The notes: generated by a model not told the origin, from the sequence alone. Positions 47,987 through 57,688 are shown, counted from the stretch's first letter. The stretch is 64,000 bases of DNA from Akkermansia sp. (GCA_045540095.1 JAZQGN010000015.1:89397-153396); one strand, 5' to 3'. Translations and numbers: made by a program.

Positions 47987-48685
47987 TTAGCGGCCAAGAA
48001 GCCCGCGCACCAAGCGCTGAAGTTCAGAGCGCAGAGCCGCAGACCCATAACAAATGGGATCCGTCTTGGAGACCAAATCAATGACCCGTCCGATTGCTTT
48101 CTCGCTGACCTCTGCAGTGTTAAGTTCAGATGTACGTTCCTGCACATACTGCTGGACTTCCAGAGAGGGCGGGGGTAACATACTTTCGCTCCTCAGCAGC
48201 GACAGGATACGGTCTGTCAGCTTCGCTACTTCAGGTGCAGCAGCATCAGCACTAGGCATATTGTTCACCTGTCCAAGAATTACGCCTAGAGATTGGCAGC
48301 TTTCATAAAGCCCAAGCGCGAGCTCCAGATATGCATCCCCTGGATGGATGGGTGTGATTTCTTCCGGCTCTGCTTCCGTGCTTACATTCGCAGAGGGCGC
48401 CTCTACAGCCGGAGAGGGTTCCTCTACAACTTGCAATGGCTCTTCTACAGCCAGGGCCGAATCATCTGCTTCCAGACGGATATCTACGGAACCGGTCTCT
48501 GGCTCGCTATCGCGTTGAGTGATTTGCTCCTCAGTCACAACACTAGCCTCCGCTGATTCATTCGTCTCAGATTCGACAGCCTGAGCAGTTTCTGAGGCTG
48601 CGACGTTGGAAGCCTGAGCAGTTTCATCCGCATATGATAATGAAACAAACAGAGAAAGACTCAGTAATAGAAAATCAATTTTCAT
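47987..48685 (-). CDS. exported hypothetical protein with Glu/Ala/Ser-rich linker
   Basis: signal MKIDFLLLSLSLFVSLSYA; acidic low-complexity region; helical C-terminal domain. Confidence 0.75.
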   Translation of the reverse strand: MKIDFLLLSLSLFVSLSYADETAQASNVAASETAQAVESETNESAEASVVTEEQITQRDSEPETGSVDIRLEADDSALAVEEPLQVVEEPSPAVEAPSANVSTEAEPEEITPIHPGDAYLELALGLYESCQSLGVILGQVNNMPSADAAAPEVAKLTDRILSLLRSESMLPPPSLEVQQYVQERTSELNTAEVSEKAIGRVIDLVSKTDPICYGSAALRSELQRLVRGLLGR

Positions 48686-48704
48686 GATTATAGAAGGTAT
48701 ATAC

Positions 48705-49703
48705 TCATTCGGAAACAGATGGACTAAGACAGCCTGGACAGTTCCTGACGAAGTGGCCGGGGGTAATTTCTATCATCTCAGGAATTCTGTCCGTGAGACA
48801 AAGTTTGGGATTACCTACAAGATTGCGAGGCCTAAAAGCACAAGCTGTAATAGGCTGGCGAAGCGTGGGCGGCAGGCCAGGAATTGTCTGTAAGCGGCGG
48901 CCTTTCTCATGCATGGCTGGTATAGATGCGATGAGTGAGCGGGTATAGGCATGTCGAGGGTGGGTGAGCAGATCCTCAGTCGGGGCGCTTTCCACAATGC
49001 TTCCGGCATACATCACCTGAATACGGTGAGCATATTCGCGCACCACGCCTAAATCATGAGTGATGAGGATAACCGCTGTGCCGAGTTCCTCCTGACGCGC
49101 GCGCAGTAAATCCAAGACCTGCTTCTGGACTGTGACATCAAGGGCAGTGGTGGGTTCATCCGCTATGAGGAACTGCGGGCGGGTAATCAGCGCCATAGCA
49201 ATCATTACACGCTGGCGCATACCACCGGAGAACTCGTGAGGATAAGCCCGAGCACGCTCTGCAGGGTTGGGTATGCCTGTACGTGCAAGTTCTTCAATAG
49301 CAAGTGCCAGAGCTTCTTTACGCTTCATGCCCCGGTGGATAATCAAAGGTTCTGCCACTTGCTCACCTATCGTCATGCAAGGATTCAGGCTTGTCATGGG
49401 GTCCTGAAAAATCATAGAAATACGGTTTCCCCTGAGAGATGAAAGCTCTTTTTCCTTCATTTTCAACAGATTTTTACCTTCAAATACTGCTGTAGCGCTT
49501 TCCGATATATGCGCAGGCGGGCGGGGAAGCAGCCCCATCAACGCAGAGCACGTCACGGATTTTCCTGAGCCACTTTCACCCACGATGCCCAGAGTCTCGC
49601 CCTTTTTGAGGGAAAAGCTCACATCGTTCACGGCATAATTCACCCCGGCGCGAGTACGGAACTCCACGCTCAGGTTGTTGACGCTCAGTATCGGTTCGCT
49701 CAT
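48705..49703 (-). CDS. oligopeptide/dipeptide ABC transporter ATPase (OppD/DppD-like)
   Basis: GIVGESGSGKS, IFQDPMTSLNP, YPHEFSGGMRQR, IADEPTTALD, ITHDL, HAYTRSLI. Confidence 0.92.
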   Translation of the reverse strand: MSEPILSVNNLSVEFRTRAGVNYAVNDVSFSLKKGETLGIVGESGSGKSVTCSALMGLLPRPPAHISESATAVFEGKNLLKMKEKELSSLRGNRISMIFQDPMTSLNPCMTIGEQVAEPLIIHRGMKRKEALALAIEELARTGIPNPAERARAYPHEFSGGMRQRVMIAMALITRPQFLIADEPTTALDVTVQKQVLDLLRARQEELGTAVILITHDLGVVREYAHRIQVMYAGSIVESAPTEDLLTHPRHAYTRSLIASIPAMHEKGRRLQTIPGLPPTLRQPITACAFRPRNLVGNPKLCLTDRIPEMIEITPGHFVRNCPGCLSPSVSE

Positions 49704-49772
49704 CGTTCTGTGATTCATTATACATCACAAGCAGCCTATACGTCAAGACTGCTGTGCGTAATGAGAATATCG

Positions 49773-49805
49773 AAAAAATCCCCCGACAGAATATTCTGCG
49801 GGGGA
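49773..49805 (-). terminator. intrinsic terminator after the DAHP synthase gene
   Basis: TCCCCCG.CAGAAT/ATTCTG.CGGGGGA stem with T6 on the minus strand. Confidence 0.75.
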
Positions 49806-49831
49806 CTGAGATTTTTCAGTAGTGAATGTGC

Positions 49832-50896
49832 TTATTTGTTTCTGCGGCGGGCACGCACACCTTCAGCGAGAGTGTCCAGTATGGAAAGCGTGCCATCCCA
49901 GTCCACGCAAGCATCAGTAATGCTCACGCCATACTGCAGGGGAGACTGGCCATCGCACTTCTGGTTACCGCTGTTGATGTTACTCTCAATCATAACGGCG
50001 CCTATATGGTCATCACCTGCTGCAAGCTGAGCCGCTACAGCTTCAGCCACGATGTGCTGATTCTGCCAATTCTTGCGGCTATTGCCATGAGAGCAGTCAA
50101 TCATGATTCGGTTGCTGATACCGGCTTTCTGCTGGATTTCCCAAGCCGCCGCCACGTCCTCTGCGGAGTAATTGGGGCCGCTGGTAGAACCTCGCAGAAT
50201 GATATGGCAGCTGTCATTACCACTGGTGGAAACGATAGCACTCACACCTTGCTTGGTAACAGAAAGGAAGCAGTGAGGATGAGCAGAGGAAACGATGCCG
50301 TCCACAGCAATCTGCACACAGCCGGTCGTGCCATTCTTGAAGCCGATGGGCATGGAAAGACCACTTGCCAGCTCACGGTGTACTTGGCTTTCAGTTGTGC
50401 GGGCACCAATAGCACCCCAAGCAATCAAATCACTGATATACTGAGGAGTAATTACATCCAGAAACTCCGTAGCTGCGGGGACACCCATTTCCGCCAAGCG
50501 GAGCAGCAAACCACGGGACATACGAAGCCCACTGTTGATGTTATAGCTGCCGTCCATGAACGGGTCATTAATCAGGCCCTTCCAACCTACCGTAGTACGC
50601 GGCTTTTCAAAATACACACGCATGATAAGCAGAAGCTCATCGCTGTATTTCTCACGGGCTGCGGCAAGACGACCGGCATAGTCAATGGCAGCAACGGTGT
50701 CATGGATGGAGCAGGGCCCCACCATGACAGCCAGGCGGTCGTCTTCTTTCTTCAGAATGCGGCGGAACTCTTGGCGAGCATCATATACCACCTTGCTGGC
50801 GTCATGGCTCGCAGGAAAGTCCTGCATGAGAATGGCAGGGGAGATTAACGGGCGAATGTCCGTTACGCGTACGTCGTCTGTGATGAATGGATTCAT
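49832..50896 (-). CDS. aroG: class I-alpha DAHP synthase (AroG/F/H type)
   Basis: GPCSIHD, RVYFEKPRTTVGWKG, IGARTTESQVHR, GFKNGT, IDCSHGNS, YGVSITDAC; feedback specificity not determinable, so aroG versus aroF/aroH is nominal. Confidence 0.93.
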   Translation of the reverse strand: MNPFITDDVRVTDIRPLISPAILMQDFPASHDASKVVYDARQEFRRILKKEDDRLAVMVGPCSIHDTVAAIDYAGRLAAAREKYSDELLLIMRVYFEKPRTTVGWKGLINDPFMDGSYNINSGLRMSRGLLLRLAEMGVPAATEFLDVITPQYISDLIAWGAIGARTTESQVHRELASGLSMPIGFKNGTTGCVQIAVDGIVSSAHPHCFLSVTKQGVSAIVSTSGNDSCHIILRGSTSGPNYSAEDVAAAWEIQQKAGISNRIMIDCSHGNSRKNWQNQHIVAEAVAAQLAAGDDHIGAVMIESNINSGNQKCDGQSPLQYGVSITDACVDWDGTLSILDTLAEGVRARRRNK

Positions 50897-50930
50897 TATT
50901 TGCCTTTGAAACAATTAGGCGAGGAATATA

Positions 50931-51587
50931 TCAGCGCTTCTTCCAGGAGTAGATATTATCTTCCTGAGCGTCTGCTTCCTCTTCAGAAGCTGCTGCGGCG
51001 GCAGCAGGAGAAGCACTGGGCTTACCGGCGCTATCAGCGCCCAAAGAGTACACAAGGCAGATTTTGTTGCGAACCTTTTTGCCAGTGAAGGGATCAATCG
51101 TACCGATTTCCTCATCATCGCACATGATGATGTAGTAGGGGTTACCCCAAGGATCATAGAGACCAAGAGAACCGGAGGTGGGGTCAACATACAGGCCATC
51201 AGCCTTCTTATCCTGCTCGTCAGAACGGAGGTAAGTCTGGCGATTGGTATTCAGGCGGTCATCACCTTCCTCACGGTTGGTAAGGATAGCAACAAGGCCT
51301 GCGTCATTACCATCAGTAGTAGAGATAGCAACCTGATAATTGTTATCCTCACCCACTTCGCACATATCTGTCTGATAAGGCAGTGAGCCGTAATCCTGCT
51401 GGAACTGAGTTACACCCTGAACGATGTCAAGACAGGTCTTGCGAGCGGCAGTTTCATTAGCTGAGTTAATCTGCCCCATAACAACGGGGTAAGAAATGCC
51501 GGCGAGTGTTGCCAGAATTGCAATCACAACGAGGAGCTCTATCAGAGTAAAGCCCTTTTTAAACTGAGAGGTGAGAGTCATTTTCAT
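50931..51587 (-). CDS. type IV prepilin / pseudopilin-like protein
   Basis: KKG|FTLIELLVVIAILATLAGI cleavage and methylation site; FQQDYGSLP; LYDPWGNPY. Confidence 0.9.
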   Translation of the reverse strand: MKMTLTSQFKKGFTLIELLVVIAILATLAGISYPVVMGQINSANETAARKTCLDIVQGVTQFQQDYGSLPYQTDMCEVGEDNNYQVAISTTDGNDAGLVAILTNREEGDDRLNTNRQTYLRSDEQDKKADGLYVDPTSGSLGLYDPWGNPYYIIMCDDEEIGTIDPFTGKKVRNKICLVYSLGADSAGKPSASPAAAAAASEEEADAQEDNIYSWKKR

Positions 51588-51632
51588 ACGTGAGGCATTC
51601 TAGCATACTGCCCCTTGGCAGCGCAAGCAAAA

Positions 51633-52472
51633 TCAACCGCGGTGGCGTAACAAACCGAATTTAGGGGAGAAAAGCCAAGCTAGCAAGAAGATACAACCTA
51701 GTACAACGATGATGGTGGCACCAAGATGCCAGCCAAGCGGGTACGACAGGAAAAAGGCCAGCACAGAGCCACCGGCTCCAATAAGCCCTCCTCCCCAGAA
51801 CATGAGCGAAGCCCTATCCGTAAGCTGATACATGGTGGCAGCCGGAGCCACCATCAACCCGAGCGTCAGGAACGCACCGACTGCTTGCAGTGATGACACC
51901 AGCACGAGTATGATAAGCGTAAAAATTCCATAGCTGAACGCTCGCGTGGGAATCCCTATGGAGGCCGCAGCTCTCATATCAAAAAGATAAATGAGCAGGG
52001 GACGGTACAGCACTGTAATGCTCAGCACAGCTAGCGCACCGGTGCCCCAAGCAATCCATAAATCAGCATCACCCATGCTCATGATATTGCCGAAAAGCCA
52101 GTCATCCACCTTTTGCTGCAAGCCAAGACGTATGAGAATGATGTAGCCGAGAGCAAAAGCAGTGGTGTGCAGAATGGAGAGAGCGGTATCGTGGTCAGCA
52201 CGGCCTGTACGGGAGATGAAGAGAGAGCCAAGCCCCACGATGAGCCCCGCTATCACTGCGCCGATGAGAATACTCAGCTGCATCAGTCCAAAGAACAGAA
52301 TAGCCAATGCTATGCCCGGTAACAGCGCGCAGGAGATAGTGCCAATCTGCAGGGAGGAACGGCGCAACACCACAAGGGCACTCACGAAGCCGTTGGAAAA
52401 ACCTACAACGGCGCATGCCCAGAGGCTGCGCTGCGCGATGGGTTCTCCCAGAAAGCGGATAAAATCATTCAT
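51633..52472 (-). CDS. Zn/Mn ABC transporter permease (ABC-3)
   Basis: ALVVLRR, ALLPGIALA, WLFGNIM, D..AASIGI, LQAVGAFL, APAATM. Confidence 0.9.
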   Translation of the reverse strand: MNDFIRFLGEPIAQRSLWACAVVGFSNGFVSALVVLRRSSLQIGTISCALLPGIALAILFFGLMQLSILIGAVIAGLIVGLGSLFISRTGRADHDTALSILHTTAFALGYIILIRLGLQQKVDDWLFGNIMSMGDADLWIAWGTGALAVLSITVLYRPLLIYLFDMRAAASIGIPTRAFSYGIFTLIILVLVSSLQAVGAFLTLGLMVAPAATMYQLTDRASLMFWGGGLIGAGGSVLAFFLSYPLGWHLGATIIVVLGCIFLLAWLFSPKFGLLRHRG

Positions 52473-53248
52473 ACAGAAGTCGTGATATGGCGTTTTCCAA
52501 ATGCAGTGAAGAGGTGCTCATCCGTCAGTACGTCTGCCGTGGTACCAAAGGCGATGGTACTGCGGTTGAGAAGCAGGCTTAGGTCAAAAATGCGGGGAGC
52601 AGTGCTCAAATCATGGTGAGATGCAATGACGAGTCGTCCTTCCTCTGACAAAGAACGGAGCAGACGGGCCAGAGACTCCGTGCCGGGCACGTCTAAGCCG
52701 GTAAAGGGTTCATCAAGCAGCAGAATGTGAGCCTCTTGGGCAAGCGCGCGAGCTAAAAAGGCGCGCTGCTGCTGCCCTCCGGAGAGCGCACCTATCTGGC
52801 GTTTTTGTAAGTCCTGAAGCTCCAGTGATTCCAACGCCCTGTCCACGATTTCATGGTCATGACGCCGCAAACTCTTCCAAATACCTGTGGCAGGATAACG
52901 CCCCATTTCCACGAGTTCGCGCACGGTGATGGGGAAGCGCCAGTCCACTTCCGTACGCTGGGGCATATAGGCTATCTCTTGCCGAGCGTTATAGAGAGGT
53001 GCATCATTCCAGAGAATGCTCCCACTGCATGGCTGTATCAGTCCGGCCAGAAGATTCAGCAAAGTGGATTTACCTGCACCATTCGGACCAATGAGAGCCA
53101 GCGAATGCCCACAAGAAGCGCTGAAGGAAATGGAACTCAGAGCTGTTACTTCGCCATAGCGAGCGCAAAGTTGACGAGCAGAAAGAGTGTGACCACCATG
53201 GTGATGATGGCCTCCACCCCAACAGATATGGTCATGTTCTTCTACCAT
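52469..53248 (-). CDS. Zn/Mn ABC transporter ATPase with His-rich N-terminus
   Basis: GPNGAGKST, YMPQR.EVDWRFPITV, LSGGQQQR, LDEPFTG, SHHDL. Confidence 0.93.
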   Translation of the reverse strand: MVEEHDHICWGGGHHHHGGHTLSARQLCARYGEVTALSSISFSASCGHSLALIGPNGAGKSTLLNLLAGLIQPCSGSILWNDAPLYNARQEIAYMPQRTEVDWRFPITVRELVEMGRYPATGIWKSLRRHDHEIVDRALESLELQDLQKRQIGALSGGQQQRAFLARALAQEAHILLLDEPFTGLDVPGTESLARLLRSLSEEGRLVIASHHDLSTAPRIFDLSLLLNRSTIAFGTTADVLTDEHLFTAFGKRHITTSV

Positions 53249-53661
53249 GTAAAGACAAAAACATCATGCATTTCTCCCTCAGCCCAGCATGTTTCACTGC
53301 GGGCCTCTTTGCCGATGGGTTCCAGCGTTATCGTAAAAGCCTGTGCACCGGTAGAAGCCTCCGGCCAACAAACTTCAGCCTCCAGCTCAATGGTATTTTC
53401 CACGGGTAATTGCAGCAGCAGCTCTTGCGGGCTGAGCTCAGGGGACGAAAGTTCCGCAAGAGTCTTGCCCTGATTGCGGAGCGTGATACGCTGAGGCGTG
53501 CCACTGAAGCGCAGTGTGGCGTATACAGACTGAAGCGTCTCTTGGACATCTTGCTCAGTAGGCTGAGCCTCTCGTGATGGCGGCGCTGTCAGCCACAGCA
53601 GGGGTAAGCCGGCTGCGACAATGCCGACGGCGGTCAGAGACACTTTCTGTACAGGATTCAT
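53242..53661 (-). CDS. hypothetical membrane-anchored protein inside the metal ABC operon
   Basis: overlaps both neighbours; N-terminal hydrophobic helix; beta-rich remainder. Confidence 0.75.
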   Translation of the reverse strand: MNPVQKVSLTAVGIVAAGLPLLWLTAPPSREAQPTEQDVQETLQSVYATLRFSGTPQRITLRNQGKTLAELSSPELSPQELLLQLPVENTIELEAEVCWPEASTGAQAFTITLEPIGKEARSETCWAEGEMHDVFVFTW

Positions 53662-54515
53662 TCTCCCAGATATTCACAGATGGTATTCAGATTATACAGG
53701 AACATAGCCTCGTAGCCGGGTGCTTCGGCATAGATGCCGTCCATCACCAGAGGTGCAGTGGGAATACCGAGTTGATCAGCAATAACTTGCAGCATGCGGG
53801 GGCTTGCATTCACTTCTGTGAAGATGCAGCGGGCATTGCGGGCGCGCAAGTCAGCCAGCAGCGTGGCAAGCGTCGCGGGGTCGCCCTCGCTCTCGCGGGC
53901 AATACCCTGAATGGCGATGGGCTTCAGATTGAATGCAGCACAGAAGTGACACATGGCAGCATGCCCGGTCACAAGACAGCGATTAGCCTGAGGTATGCGG
54001 CTGAGTCTGAGGCGCGCTGTGCGGGTAAGGGCGTCCATGGAGGCTGCATAGCGTGAGCGATTTGCTGTATAAACAGCAGCGTTAGCCGCATCAGCTTGCA
54101 CAAGGGCTGCGAGTAAAGTACGGGAGGCTCGCTTCATATTCTCCGGTGTATTCCACCAGTGAGGGTCAGCAAAACGTGTACCCGGCACGCGTACATTCGG
54201 AACCTCAGCACCAAGCTCCAAGACAAATGTATCATCGGAAAGGCTTTCCCTCAGGTCTGCCAAGTATGGTTCTACCCCCTTGCCACAGGCAAGCAGCAGA
54301 CGCGCACCCGATGCTTGTGCCAGACTTGCGGCACTAGGTGTAAAGGCATGCAAATCGCCATTGGCGGGAAATAAGTCCACCACTTCTACATGCTCACCGC
54401 CCAGTTTTGCTGCCATTTCACTCAGCAGCGGATGCAGACTGGCGATCTTTAACGGTGCACCCTGAACAAGGGTTATGCCCAGTACCATCATCAGCATGCA
54501 AAAAATCTTCTTCAT
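53658..54515 (-). CDS. Zn/Mn ABC substrate-binding protein (cluster A-I)
   Basis: signal peptide; DLHAF, DPHWW, TGHAA, DG ligands; start at MKKIF. Confidence 0.92.
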   Translation of the reverse strand: MKKIFCMLMMVLGITLVQGAPLKIASLHPLLSEMAAKLGGEHVEVVDLFPANGDLHAFTPSAASLAQASGARLLLACGKGVEPYLADLRESLSDDTFVLELGAEVPNVRVPGTRFADPHWWNTPENMKRASRTLLAALVQADAANAAVYTANRSRYAASMDALTRTARLRLSRIPQANRCLVTGHAAMCHFCAAFNLKPIAIQGIARESEGDPATLATLLADLRARNARCIFTEVNASPRMLQVIADQLGIPTAPLVMDGIYAEAPGYEAMFLYNLNTICEYLGE

Positions 54516-54522
54516 GCGCAGC

Positions 54523-54551
54523 ATTATAGCCACGCACACACTCCGCGTCAA
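54523..54551 (-). promoter_or_regulatory. near-consensus sigma70 promoter of the metal ABC operon, probably leaderless
   Basis: TTGACG-17-TATAAT-7-ATG. Confidence 0.75.
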
Positions 54552-54586
54552 TCCCCTATAAAGTCAATGGGCGAATTAGTTGTGTC

Positions 54587-55894
54587 TTACTTTTGCTTTC
54601 GCAATCTGGCGGGAAGTATGTGAAGATTCTCGCGGTATTTAGCGATAGTGCGCCTTGCGACGGTGATACCCTCTTCAGCCAGCATTACCTCAATAGCAGC
54701 ATCGCTTAGGGGCTGAGCGGGGTTTTCATTAGCGATGAGGGAACGTATCCTAGCCTGAACACCACCAGCAGAAGCTCCTGCGGCGGAGTCTGATTCCAGT
54801 GCAGCACTGAAGAAGCTCCGCAACTCATAGACACCATGCGCGCACTTGATGTACTTGCCTCGCACAGCTCGGGAAACAGTGGAAACACTAATTCCTGCAT
54901 CATTCGCTATGCTTTCCATACGAATGGGGGCAAGAGCGGAGGGACCATGACGAAGGAAATCTTTCTGGCGCTTCACAATAGCTTGGGCCACGAGCAAAAT
55001 AGTGTGCTGGCGTTCAGCTATAGCTCGGATGAACTCGCGGCCTTCACGGAAACAGCGGGAAAGATAGCTACGAAGCTCTGCATTTTCCATCTGCTCAGCC
55101 ATCATCTCACGATACTCTGAGGATATTCCCAGCCGGGGTACATCCTCACCAGTGAGCTCCACGGTGTACTCATCCCCGTCCTGTAACACCTCAACATCCG
55201 GGGTAATGATACCAAGCTCCGCACGCGAGAAACCGCTACCCGGGTCAGGATTAAGGCGGGCAATGTGGCGAGCTGCAAGTATAATAGCCTCTTCTTCCAC
55301 ATCCAGAGCGGCGGCGGCCTGGGCATAACGATGCTGCACTAAATCAATCCAATGATTCTGGAGTAGTTTCATTGGGAGTCCCGCAGCCTCACCTTTACGC
55401 CGCAGCTGAAGCATGAGACTTTCCCGTAAATCCACAGCACCCACACCGGCAGGCTCTAAATCCTGCACAGCCAGAAGTGCCTTGCGGAAGGCGGAATCCG
55501 TTAAGCCAAGTTCTTTCGCTACATGTTCAGGCGCCTCCGCGAAGAATCCGTGATGATTCAAATACGGAATAATAGAAAGAGCCGCATTTTCAATTCCGGA
55601 AGGAAGCGCACTGCTGCGGATTTGTTCTTCCAAATGCTCAGCCAGCGTGGGTTGATTCGTTAAGTTTTCCATGAAGCGTTGATGCCGCAACGTACCTTCA
55701 TGATTAAGAAGTTGAGGGGGTAAATCTTGTTTAGGGGGAGGCAGTTCTTCGAGCACGGGATTCGAGGATAAGGCCTGGGCGGTGAGTTCAGCCAGCTCAG
55801 CCGTAGTAGCCTGCAGGGTGCGCATGAACATTTGCATCGCGGCGTTTGCCACCATGCCTTGCTGCATTCCCTGTGCCATTCCGGCGCTGCTCAT
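54587..55894 (-). CDS. rpoN: RNA polymerase sigma-54 factor
   Basis: SSNPVLE, LEPAGVGA.DLRESL, HTH VSTVSRAVRGKY, LSD, RpoN box ARRTIAKYRE. Confidence 0.95.
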   Translation of the reverse strand: MSSAGMAQGMQQGMVANAAMQMFMRTLQATTAELAELTAQALSSNPVLEELPPPKQDLPPQLLNHEGTLRHQRFMENLTNQPTLAEHLEEQIRSSALPSGIENAALSIIPYLNHHGFFAEAPEHVAKELGLTDSAFRKALLAVQDLEPAGVGAVDLRESLMLQLRRKGEAAGLPMKLLQNHWIDLVQHRYAQAAAALDVEEEAIILAARHIARLNPDPGSGFSRAELGIITPDVEVLQDGDEYTVELTGEDVPRLGISSEYREMMAEQMENAELRSYLSRCFREGREFIRAIAERQHTILLVAQAIVKRQKDFLRHGPSALAPIRMESIANDAGISVSTVSRAVRGKYIKCAHGVYELRSFFSAALESDSAAGASAGGVQARIRSLIANENPAQPLSDAAIEVMLAEEGITVARRTIAKYRENLHILPARLRKQK

Positions 55895-55969
55895 GCGCTT
55901 GTCTTAGCAAATTTTATCGGCATTGACAAGAGTAAAGAACGTATGCGCCGCGGCGTAACATCCCGCAGG

Positions 55970-57625
55970 TCAATCATTCTGCAGGAGGTCCATGGCATGA
56001 GCACGGGCATTTTCACCGCCGGTACCAAGCATGCGCATGAGTTCTTCCACGCGAGCCTCACCGGTCACCTTATTGAGGCGAGAAACGGTTCGCTCACCAC
56101 TTTGCACCTTGGAAATGAGATAGTGGTGGTTTGCCAACGCTGCTACTTGGGGGAAGTGGGTGATGGAGATAACCTGATGATCAGTACCCAGTTCACGCAT
56201 CTTGCAGCCCACGGCACGGGCTATTTCACCACCTACATTAGCGTCAATTTCGTCAAAGACAAGCAGGGGCGTATCATCCCGGCTTGCCAGCGCACTCTTC
56301 AGCGCGAGCATCACACGGGCTAGCTCACCGCTGGACGCTATAAGGCGAAGTGCTTTAAGGGGTTCGCCGGGGTTCGGCCCGAAGAGAAAATCCGTTTCTT
56401 CCGCACCATTCGGCCCGGGTTCAGCAAGAGGCTGAAGACTTACCTCAAAGAGCGACTGCCTGAAGCCCAACTGGCGGGCATGATGCAGGAAGAGCTCGGC
56501 TAAACGGGGAGCCGCCTTTTGGCGGGTAGCGGTCAACGCTGCTGCTGCCGTCTTCAGCTCTTCTAGGCAGGCTTTTTCTGCAGCTGCCAACTCCACTAGT
56601 TTTTCTTCCCTGTTTTCAATGGCACTAAGCTTTTCTCTACATTCCTCCAGATGAGCCTGAATAGCTTCAAAATCTGCTCCATATTTACGCTTCAACGTAT
56701 CAAGGGTAGAAATACGCTCTTCAAGTCTTGCCAGCTCTGCGGGGTCTCCACTAAGGCCATCCGCATAATCCTGCAAGTTCGCGGCTACGTCCTCTAGTTC
56801 CTCTACGATAGCGGGCAGAGGGGTAAGCCAGGGCGCCACTGCAGCATCAAGGCGCTCCAGTTCGCGTGCATTACGCACCAGCTGGCGCAGGCGGGGCAGC
56901 AAAGCATCATCCGCACCGTCTATCATATGAGCCATGGGCAGGGCTGTATCACGCAAGCGGCCGGCATTGCGGGCGCGTTTCCAGTTGTTTTCCAACTCGG
57001 CAGCTTCCTCCGCTGTGAATGAGGCGTTTTCTATTTCTTGCATCTGGTGACGGAGGAAATCCAGCTCACGTTCATTGGCCATTTCACTGTCTAATAGCTC
57101 TTTGTATGCGTGGCGAGCATCCAGCCATGCCCGGTATGCAGTGTGATACAGCTTCAGCGTGCTCTCGTTTTCAGAAAAGGCATCCAGCAAATCAAGCTGG
57201 CGCTCCTGCGAGGTGAGGGAACGGTGAGCCTCAGGATGGTGCATATCCACTAAGCCGCCGCCGATACGGCGCAAAAGGTTCAGCGTGACTGGCGTATTAT
57301 TAATAAATTGCTTATTCCCGCTGGCTGTAATAACACGGCGAATGACAAGCATACCCTCTTCACAGGGTGGCACCCCGGCTTCCTCCAGAATAAGATCTGT
57401 CTGCAGAGTGTTAGAAAGATGGAAAACGGCCTCTATGCTACACTGTGTTTCACCGCTGCGGATACGGCCTTTATCAGCGCGCTCACCGAGCACCAGCGAT
57501 ATGCCGCCCATGATGACGGATTTGCCTGCACCGGTTTCACCGGTAATGGAAAGGAAGCCGGATTCAGGCTCCCAAGTGAGTTCATCCACGAGGGCCAGAT
57601 TGCGTATCTTTAACAGTGAGAGCAT
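55970..57625 (-). CDS. recN: DNA repair protein RecN
   Basis: LKIRNLAL, ITGETGAGKS, coiled coil, NPGEPL, FDEIDANVGG, ITHFPQVAA. Confidence 0.96.
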   Translation of the reverse strand: MLSLLKIRNLALVDELTWEPESGFLSITGETGAGKSVIMGGISLVLGERADKGRIRSGETQCSIEAVFHLSNTLQTDLILEEAGVPPCEEGMLVIRRVITASGNKQFINNTPVTLNLLRRIGGGLVDMHHPEAHRSLTSQERQLDLLDAFSENESTLKLYHTAYRAWLDARHAYKELLDSEMANERELDFLRHQMQEIENASFTAEEAAELENNWKRARNAGRLRDTALPMAHMIDGADDALLPRLRQLVRNARELERLDAAVAPWLTPLPAIVEELEDVAANLQDYADGLSGDPAELARLEERISTLDTLKRKYGADFEAIQAHLEECREKLSAIENREEKLVELAAAEKACLEELKTAAAALTATRQKAAPRLAELFLHHARQLGFRQSLFEVSLQPLAEPGPNGAEETDFLFGPNPGEPLKALRLIASSGELARVMLALKSALASRDDTPLLVFDEIDANVGGEIARAVGCKMRELGTDHQVISITHFPQVAALANHHYLISKVQSGERTVSRLNKVTGEARVEELMRMLGTGGENARAHAMDLLQND

Positions 57626-57688
57626 ATTTTGCTTTGCGTTTGCGGGCGTATTATGGCATAATGTGGCCGCGAATTAAATAAAAATCTG

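Noticed and set aside
48579-48626. 15-bp direct repeat AGCCTGAGCAGTTTC
   Set aside because: Two copies only, encoding ETAQA in a low-complexity linker. Not an array or att site.
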